A stretch of 64,000 bases of DNA from assembly GCA_002269645.1 (NCBI GenBank), contig NIVC01001150.1:62001-126000 (forward strand). The letters run 5' to 3'. Below are positions 56,301 through 64,000 of the stretch, one piece after another. This DNA is from Macrostomum lignano (taxonomy: Eukaryota). The stretch's first letter is position 1, and every line of letters begins with the position of its first letter. Under the pieces are notes generated by a model. The model made no database searches and had not been told where the DNA came from. It was given only the letters and a program-made list of their open reading frames with translations. The position numbers and the translations under genes were made by a program.

Positions 56301-59300
56301 GTGAGTGAGGCTGTGTGAGTGAGACTGTGTGAGTGAGGCTGTGTGAGTGAGACTGTGTGAGTGAGACTGTGTGAGTGAGGCTGTGTGAGTGAGGCTGTGT
56401 GAGTGAGGCTGTGTGAGTGAGGCTGTGTGAGTGAGGCTGTGTGAGTGAGACTGTGTGAGTGAGGCTGTGTGAGTGAGGCTGTGTGAGTGAGGCTGTGTGA
56501 GTGAGGCTGTGTGAGTGAGACTGTGTGAGTGAGGCTGTGTGAGTGAGGCTGTGTGAGTGAGGCTGTGTGAGTGAGACTGTGTGAGTGAGGCTGTGTGAGT
56601 GAGGCTGTGTGAGTGAGGCTGTGTGAGTGAGACTGTGTGAGTGAGGCTGTGTGAGTGAGGCTGGAACATGCTTGTCTCGGACGCCCTGCCCGCAGCTGCG
56701 TAGTGGAGCGCCAGGTCTGCGACGGGTTCGTCGACTGCGTTGGCAAGGAGGACGAGGACGAGGCCTTCTGCAGGAACTGTGAGTCGCCAAGCTGAGTCTT
56801 CTATGACGTAAACCTGATTCGTCGGCAAGAACTCGCAAGTGCACACCGCTATCGCATTGCAGACACCTGCACGAGCGACCACTTCTACTGCAGGAAATTT
56901 CACAAGTACAGCTCAGAATTGCTTCCAGTTTAATGAGGCCCGCAGCACTGCAATGCCAAGACTGAAATTTCTTGCCTGGATCCCGCAGGTGCATCTCAAT
57001 GGACCAGGTGTGCGACGGGCTTGCCGACTGCGACCTCGGCGACGACGAGACTGAGGAGGCTTGCATGAGCGTCAAGGCCCGTGAGTCTGTGCTGACTGAG
57101 TCTGTGCTGGCTGAGTCTGTGCTGACTGAGTCTGTCCTGACTGAGTCTGTCCTGACTGAGTCTGTGCTGACTGAGTCTGTGCTGACTGAGTCTGTGCTGG
57201 CTGAGTCTGTGCTGACTGAGTCTGATTGAGGTTCGCTCTGAGAGAAGCGTGCACTCGAGTATTTTTTAATATAAATAAGTCGATGCGCGACACTGAGATA
57301 TTGTGCGCAGGCACGCACTCACAGACACGCTCACACGGGGTGTACAGCGGCCCCGACTCTCTAGTCAGCAGGCACGCACTCACAGACACGCTCACACAGG
57401 GTGTACATCGGCCCCGACTCTCTAGTCAGCAGGCATGTACACCCTGTGTGCCTTGGGGGTTAGTCCTTGAGTGTGACTCCCACGGCTCGTGACGCAAGAG
57501 TCAGACGCGTTGACAGCTGAGCTGCTCCGCCCCCCCCCCCCCGGAGAGAAGCCCCGAGTCTTCGAATCTTCAGCTGGCTGAGATTCCCGAATGCCCGGTG
57601 AATTGCAGAGGCCGAGGCGGAGCTGGCAAACGAGTTCCAGATGACGGCTGGCATCGACGAGTCGAGCGTCCCCGCCGACGCCAAGCTGGCGATCTACTAC
57701 AGGAAGACTCTGGTGCAGGTGAGCGGTGGCAGGGAGCTGCTTCTAAACTGAAATCCCGTGAGCAGGATGCGAGCAACCCCTGGCATGGAATTTCAGTGTG
57801 CCAAGCACTGCGACCGCCTGGAGCAGTTCTTCTGCAAGAGCTTCATCTACTACCGGACCGGCGAGCAGCGCTTCCAGTCCAAGTGCTTCCTGCTGGGAAG
57901 CCGAATAACAGACCCGGCCAGTAAGGCCGACCCCAGCATCGAGGCCAAGTACTACGAGATCCCTGAGAGTGAGAGCGGGCTGGGGCTTGGGACTCGTCCG
58001 TTGGATATGGCTCAAAACTATGGTGCAGTCACGGCTGTCAGCGATCGATTGAAAAGAGATCTCAGGCAGTGACAGTTTATTGTTAGCTGGATCTCAGGCA
58101 GTGACAGTTTATTGTTAGCTGGATCTCAGGCAGTGACAGTTTATTGTTAGCTGGATCTCAGTCAGTGACAGTTTATTGTTAGCTGGATCTCAGTCAGTGA
58201 CTGTTTATTGTTAGCTGGATCTCAGGCAGTGACAGTTTATTGTTAGCTGGATCTCAGTCAGTGACAGTTTATTGTTAGCTGGATCTCAGTCAGTGACAGT
58301 TTATTGTTAGCTGGATCTCAGGCAGTGACAGTTTATTGTTAGCTGGATCTCAGGCAGTGACAGTTTATTGTTAGCTGGATCTCAGGCAGTGGCAGTTTAT
58401 TTTTAGCTGGATCTCAGGCAGTGACAGTTTATTGTTAGCTGGATCTCAGGCAGTGGCAGTTTATTGTTAGCTGGATCTCAGTCAGTGACAGTTTATTGTT
58501 AGCTGGATCTCAGTCAGTGACTGTTTATTGTTAGCTGGATCTCAGGCAGTGACAGTTTATTGTTAGCTGGATCTCAGTCAGTGACAGTTTATTGTTAGCT
58601 GGATCTCAGTCAGTGACAGTTTATTGTTAGCTGGATCTCAGGCAGTGACAGTTTATTGTTAGCTGGATCTCAGGCAGTGACAGTTTATTGTTAGCTGGAT
58701 CTCAGGCAGTGGCAGTTTATTTTTAGCTGGATCACAGGCACTGACAGTTTATTATTAGCTAGATCACTGGGGCATGGGTTTAAGAATCTAGATAACCGGG
58801 TTTAAGAATCTCATTGAGACGCCAGCAATCTCAGAGTCTCAATCTCAGTAAACCGCCTCCTCAACCCCAGCTTGCAATGACGCTGACGACTTCCTCTGCA
58901 ACAACAGTCATTGCGTGAAAAAATCGCAGGCCTGCAACGGCTTTGACGATTGCGGAGACTTCTCTGACGAGATCAACAGCCGCTGCGGGAAGGGTGAGAT
59001 TTGAGATCTTGGTTTTTTATTGCCGCCAGAACTCGGTCTCTCCCAGTCTGAGATGCCGCCAGAGCTCGGTCTCTCCCAGTCTGAGATGCCGCCAGAGCTC
59101 GGTCTCTCCCAGTCTGAGATGCCGCCAGAACTCGGTCTCTCCCAGTCTGAGATGCCGCCAGAGCTCGGTCTCTCCCAGTCTGAGATGCCGCCAGAGCTCG
59201 GTCTCTCCCAGTCTGAGATGCCGCTAGAGCTCGGTCTCTCCCAGTCTGAGATGCCGCCAGAACTCGGTCTCTCCCAGTCTGAGATGCCGCTAGAGCTCGG

Positions 59301-62300
59301 TCTCTCCCAGTCTGAGATGCCGCCAGAGCTCGGTCTCTCCCAGTCTGAGATGCCGCCAGAACTCGGTCTCTCCCAGTCTGAGATGCCGCCAGAGCTCGGT
59401 CTCTCCCAGTCTGAGATGCCGCCAGAGCTCGGTCTCTCCCAGTCTGAGATGCCGCCAGAGCTCGGTCTCTCCCAGTCTGAGATGCCGCCAGAACTCGGTC
59501 TCTCCCAGTCTGAGATGCCGCCAGAGATCGGTCTCTCCCAGTCTGAGATGCCGTCAGAACTCGGTCTCTCCCAGTCTGAGATGCCGCCAGAACTCGGTCT
59601 CTCCCAGTCTGAGATGCCGCCAGAGCTCGGTCTCTCCCAGTCTGAGATGCCGCCAGAACTCGGTCTCTCCCAGTCTGAGATGCCGCCAGAGATCGGTCTC
59701 TCCCAGTCTGAGATGCCGCCAGAGCTCGGTCTCTCCCAGTCTGAGATGCCGCCAGAGCTCGGTCTCTCCCAGTCTGAGATGCCGCCAGAACTCGGTCTCT
59801 CCCAGTCTGAGATGCCGCCAGAGCTCGGTCTCTCCCAGTCTGAGATGCCGCCAGAGCTCGGTCTCTCCCAGTCTGAGATGCCGCCAGAACTCGGTCTCTC
59901 CCAGTCTGAGATGCCGCCAGAACTCGGTCTCTCCCAGTCTGAGATGCCGCCAGAACTCGGTCTCTCCCAGTCTGAGATGCCGCCAGAGCTCGGTCTCTCC
60001 CAGTCTGAGATGCCGCCAGAACTCGGTCTCTCCCAGTCTGAGATGCCGCCAGAGCTCGGTCTCTCCCAGTCTGAGATGCCGCCAGAGCTCGGTCTCTCCC
60101 AGTCTGAGATGCCGCCAGAACTCGGTCTCTCCCAGTCTGAGATGCCGCCAGAACTCGGTCTCTCCCAGTCTGAGATGCCGCCAGAGATCGGTCTCTCCCA
60201 GTCTGAGATGCCGCCAGAGCTCGGTCTCTCCCAGTCTGAGATGCCGCCAGAGCTCGGTCTCTCCCAGTCTGAGATGCCGCCAGAGCTCGGTTTCTCCCAG
60301 TCTGAGATGCCGCCAGAGCTCGGTCTCTCCCAGTCTGAGATGCCGCCAGAACTCGGTCTCTCCCAGTCTGAGATGCCGCCAGAGCTCGGTCTCTCCCAGT
60401 CTGAGATGCCGCCAGAACTCGGTCTCTCCCAGTCTGAGATGCCGCCAGAACTCGGTCTCTCCCAGTCTGAGATGCCGCCAGAACCCGTTCCCATCGAATC
60501 TCTGGGCCAGCAGACCCGGCCAAAAACTACGAGCTGGTGCTGAGTGGCGGCTCGGACAACCACGAGGGCCGCATCGAGATTCGCCTGTTCAACCAGCGCG
60601 GCCTCGTCTGCGATGATGGGCTGAACGCTGCCATGGCCGACGTGATCTGCCAGCAGCTGGGCTACCCCGGCCACGAGCGCTTCATCTTGAATGCCTGGCA
60701 GCAGTTCGGTCGCGGAACCGGCGGCTTCATCCTCAGTGGTGTCCACTGCGGCCCCGGAGCCAAGAACATCACGGACTGCGCCCACCGGCCGTGGGGCGAC
60801 AGCGGCGCCTGCAGCGTCAAGAATGTGGCCGGGCTCATCTGCTTGATAGACAGGCGTGAGTGCTTGTAAGGCAGGCCAACATACCTGGTTATGGATCTTT
60901 CGAGAGGCGCCCTGAAGCAATATTTGCAATATTTCAAGTCAGCTCGTAGCAATCGCAATCTCTGAATTGATTTTTCAGCCTGCAGCATGCACGAGGTCCG
61001 CTGCGACAGTCGCTGCTTTCCTTTGTCGAAAATGTGCGACGGTGTCCCCGACTGCTCGGACGGCTGGGACGAGACCGAGTGCGATATCCTGAGTGAGTAC
61101 CAGGGGGACTGACGGACATCCTGAGTGAGTGTCAGGGGCTGCAGGGACATCCTGAGTGAATTTCAAGGGCTGCAAGGACATCCTGAGTGAGTGTCAAGGG
61201 CTGCAGGGACATCCTGAGTGAGTGTCAAGGGCTGCAGGGACATCCTGAGTGAATGTCAAGGGCTGCAAGGACATCCTGAGTGAGTTTCAAAGGCTGCAAG
61301 GACATCCTGAGTGAGTGTCAAGGGCTGCAGGGACATCCTGAGTGAGTGGCAGGGGCTGCAGGTACAGGTGTCCTGAGTGATGAGTGGCAGGGGCTGCAGG
61401 TACAGGTGTCCTGAGTGATGAGTGGCAGGGGCTGCAGGTACAGGTGTCCTGAGTGATGAGTGGCAGGGGCTGCAGGTACAGGTGTCCTGAGTGATGAGTG
61501 GCAGGGGCTGCAGGTACAGGTGTCCTGAGTGATGAGTGGCAGGGGCTGCAGGTACAGGTGTCCTGAGTGATGAGTGGCAGGGGCTGCAGGTACAGGTGTC
61601 CTGAGTGATGAGTGGCAGGGGCTGCAGGTACAGGTGTCCTGAGTGATGAGTGGCAGGGGCTGCAGGTACAGGTGTCCTGAGTGATGAGTGGCAGGGGCTG
61701 CAGGTACAGGTGTCCTGAGTGATGAGTGGCAGGGGCTGCAGGTACAGGTGTCCTGAGTGATGAGTGGCAGGGGCTGCAGGTACAGGTGTCCTGAGTGATG
61801 AGTGGCAGGGGCTGCAGGTGTCCTGAGTTGCTGCAGGCCTAATTGCACAGCCCGCATTTCCCCCGCGCCGCAGACGTGACTCTGTCGCACAACAGAACGG
61901 CGGGTGTCGTGGAGATCTCCCGCGGCGGCATCCAGGGCGTCGTGTGCGACGATCACTTCTCGGACGAGGAGGTGAAGGTCGTCTGCCGCCACCTGGGCAT
62001 CCCAGGCAGGGGGGCGCTGGCACAGCGCGGGCAATTCAGCACTCCAGCTGGCGTGGTGATGTGGCTGCAGGACATTCGCTGCGAGGGCACCGAGGCCTCG
62101 CTGTTCGACTGCAGCCTCAGAGACTGGGGCGAGTCCACCTGCTCGATAGATGAGGCAGTGCAGCTGTTGTGCGGCCTGCCTGAGGTCACCGACCCGGAAA
62201 CCACCCAGGCGCCGCAGACGGGTGAGCGTTGCTTAAGTCTGTTACCCGGCTCTGCTTATCTGGGCTTTGCCTTTTAGTTTCTTGTGACCGTTTGGAGCTA

Positions 62301-63627
62301 TAGACTTTTCTCGCATCTCAGCTTAAAAGAGTGATAAATTATAAGCATCCTAGAGAAAATAATGCGCAGTCTTCCTGTTTGCTATCTATCAGCACTTCAT
62401 CGTACTTAATTCCTACATAGTAAACACCTGCCTTCTTGAGCCTACAAATCCGCTGTGTGCTTTTCATGACAGGGCATAACAGATCCTGACAGACCCTAGC
62501 AGAACCCTCCAGGCTCGCCTCCCCGCTGTATCTACGAACCACCAGCAGCCTAGCTCGTAGACCCCGGCAGGCACTGACACACCCTGACAGACATCACCCC
62601 TCACACTCGCTGCAGACTACTCAGAGATATGCGGCAAGCGCCTGGCCCCCTACAGCTTCTACCGCATCGGTGGCGGCCGCAACTCTGGCATCACGGAGGT
62701 GCCATGGCAGGTCGCCATCAGGAAGAAGGTGATCCGGCCCGCCGGACTGCGCAAGGACATCAAGCTGCCCAGCAGCTCTGCCTGGTGCGGCGGCACCATC
62801 TTGTCCGATCGCTGGATTCTGTCCGCCGCCCACTGCTTCCCCTACGCCAAGTGAGTGCCGCCTCACCCACCAATCTGCACATATCCCACTCCGCACCTAA
62901 AAACTCCGCACCACCCAATCGCCCTCAGCATGCCAAAGTCCGCCTTTGTGGTGCGCGCAGGCGACTGGAACAACACGGCGCCCGATCAGTACGAGCGCGA
63001 GTTCGATGTGGACCTGCTGATCCAGCACGAGCGGTACACGGGCCCGCCGGCCTACGACTTCGACATCAGCCTGCTGCGCATCAAGCCGGACAGCCGCGGC
63101 TACCTGGAGTTCAACGCGGGCGTCCAGCCCGCCTGCCTGCCTCGGCAGAACCAGCCGATGAACTATGATCCAACCTCCAAGTGCCTCATCAGCGGCTGGG
63201 GATCCAGGGGAGGTAAGTTGTAGGAGGAGAAGAGACGAAGGAAAGATGGCAACAGCTGCTGGATTGAATCGGTCCTTGGGAAATCATGCACAGCAAGGAC
63301 CACCCAATACGAGAACTCAGCAATCCGCAATCAAGTTACACGGTGGGATGTGGCTCGGGTTTCCCAGCGCTGAACACAAAGCTCGTCCTTGCAGGCTTTG
63401 ACTATCCGGAGGCCCTGCAGATGGCCGAGGTGCCGCTGATTCGCCGGGAGGTCTGCGACCGCATGTACGAGTTCGAGAACATCACGGAGCGAATGTTCTG
63501 CGCCGGCTACAAAGAGGGCGGCATCGACGCCTGCCAGGGCGACTCTGGCGGCCCGCTGGTCTGCAAAATCGTCGACCCCGGACCACCCGCTGAGGCCGGC
63601 GGCGCTGCCGCGAAGGGGGACCGCTGA
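44334..63627 (+). CDS. Modular trypsin-like serine protease (Tequila/GRAAL/SVH-1-like): signal peptide-SRCR-C-type lectin-Kringle-LDLa-LDLa-PAN-LDLa-SRCR-LDLa-SRCR-trypsin; at least 18 exons, C-terminus unresolved
   Basis: Exons 44334..44436, 44684..45008, 45850..46037, 46642..46815, 54623..54977, 55808..56104, 56696..56778, 56863..56905, 56989..57080, 57609..57718, 57797..57968, 58871..58993, 60514..60855, 60979..61092, 61874..62221, 62616..62850, 62929..63212, 63395..~63627. All phases are consistent (about 1200 aa). Motifs EGRVEV..GLVC (SRCR), WDNISC..RLPFVC (CTL), [15 protein letters not shown] (kringle), CDG..DC...DE (LDLa), [24 protein letters not shown] (catalytic triad, S1 Asp). Confidence 0.93.
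45036..45788. repeat. 15-bp minisatellite (two subtypes) in protease intron 2
   Basis: GTGAGATTCGATAGG (about 28 copies) switching to GTGAGAGTAGAT(A/G)GG (about 22 copies). Confidence 0.97.
46084..46450. repeat. CT-rich polypyrimidine repeat in protease intron 3
   Basis: CTCTCTCCTCACTCTCCCTTCCTTC-type degenerate units. Confidence 0.9.
46843..54504. repeat. 20-bp minisatellite, about 380 copies (7.7 kb), filling protease intron 4 and splitting the C-type lectin domain
   Basis: TGATTGAGTCAGATGATTGC with variants (GAGGCA, GACTGC, GGATTG). Confidence 0.99.
54987..55788. repeat. Two abutting minisatellites (18-bp then 21-bp) in protease intron 5, inside the kringle
   Basis: ATGAGGATCCCCGCTTTG about 23 copies (54987-55409), then CACACAGATCTCAGGCTACAG about 17 copies (55416-55786). 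Confidence 0.97.
56103..56662. repeat. 14-bp minisatellite made of the exon 6/intron 6 donor junction
   Basis: GT|GTGAGTGAGGCT, about 40 copies, beginning at the last 2 exon bases. Confidence 0.97.
57082..57228. repeat. 15-bp minisatellite starting at the intron 9 donor
   Basis: TGAGTCTGTGCTGAC, about 10 copies, immediately from GTGAGTCTG at 57081. Confidence 0.93.
58059..58767. repeat. 32-bp minisatellite in protease intron 11
   Basis: GATCTCAG(G/T)CAGTGACAGTTTATTGTTAGCTG, about 22 copies. Confidence 0.97.
59032..60483. repeat. 33-bp minisatellite in protease intron 12
   Basis: GCCGCCAGAACTCGGTCTCTCCCAGTCTGAGAT, about 44 copies. Confidence 0.98.
61086..61828. repeat. 31-bp grading into 38-bp minisatellite in protease intron 14
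   Basis: GACATCCTGAGTGAGTGTCAAGGGCTGCAGG then CAGGTACAGGTGTCCTGAGTGATGAGTGGCAGGGGCTG. Confidence 0.96.
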
Positions 63628-63829
63628 GGAGTGGGGAGGGTGAGTAGGGGGCCGCTGAGGAGTGGGGAGGGTGAGTAGGGGGCCGCTGAGGAGTGGGGAG
63701 GGTGAGTAGGGGGCCGCTGAGGAGTGGGGAGGGTGAGTAGGGGGCCGCTGAGGAGTGGGGAGGGTGAGTAGGGGGCCGCTGAGGAGTGGGAGGGTGAGTA
63801 GGGGGCCGCTGAGGAGTGGGGAGGGTGAG
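63614..63829. repeat. 31-bp minisatellite overlapping the 3' end of protease exon 18
   Basis: AGGGGGCCGCTGAGGAGTGGGGAGGGTGAGT, about 7 copies, each with a GAGG|GTGAGT donor. Confidence 0.95.
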
Positions 63830-64000
63830 TCAGCAGCCTGACAACCCCTGCAAGCACCTGAATAACTTTACTATAACTATGAAGGCAGGTTAACGTTGCA
63901 CTCGCAGCCTTGGAGGTCGAATACTGCTCAAATCACGAAAGTGTATAATATCTAATATATAGCCGTGGAGCCAGTATCCCCGCTTCATCGAAAATACGAG

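Noticed and set aside
58908-60929. [11 protein letters not shown] / [11 protein letters not shown] repeat proteins
   Set aside because: A 33-bp intronic array between two phase-compatible exons of the protease; open frames are a by-product.
63625-63627. Selenocysteine or read-through at the protease TGA
   Set aside because: Read-through enters minisatellite sequence, not protease motifs, and no SECIS was seen.

Overview
Eukaryotic (metazoan) genomic DNA with spliceosomal GT-AG introns. The GC-rich exons and minisatellite-packed introns resemble a Macrostomum-like free-living flatworm genome; that assignment is an inference from style, not proven. Eight protein-coding genes could be reconstructed by hand: a 5'-truncated DEG/ENaC channel subunit (+), Sec61 alpha (-, 6 exons, 476 aa), a tail-less linker histone H1/H5-like ORF (+), an F-box/LRR protein (+, 3 exons), a secreted two-domain pacifastin-like Cys-rich protein (+), Phox2 (+, 3 exons), an intronless Hes bHLH-WRPW gene (+), and an 18-exon Tequila/GRAAL/SVH-1-like modular serine protease (+, SRCR-CTL-Kringle-LDLa2-PAN-LDLa-SRCR-LDLa-SRCR-trypsin) whose C-terminus is unresolved at the window end. 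A MITE with 17-bp TIRs, a tRNA/CORE-type SINE and an RTE-like LINE fragment are also present. About 30 mutually unrelated tandem arrays occupy roughly 27 kb (about 40%, hand estimate); none lies in the first 9.7 kb. The most striking pattern is that many intronic minisatellites are amplified copies of the adjacent splice junction, creating batteries of decoy donors or acceptors whose use would give an immediate stop. The clearest case is nine extra copies of the Phox2 homeodomain acceptor plus VWFQN, each ending in TGA. Three apparent single-base frameshifts (ENaC, Phox2, protease) sit at or next to homopolymers and may be assembly errors. No CRISPR, rRNA or tRNA genes were found.
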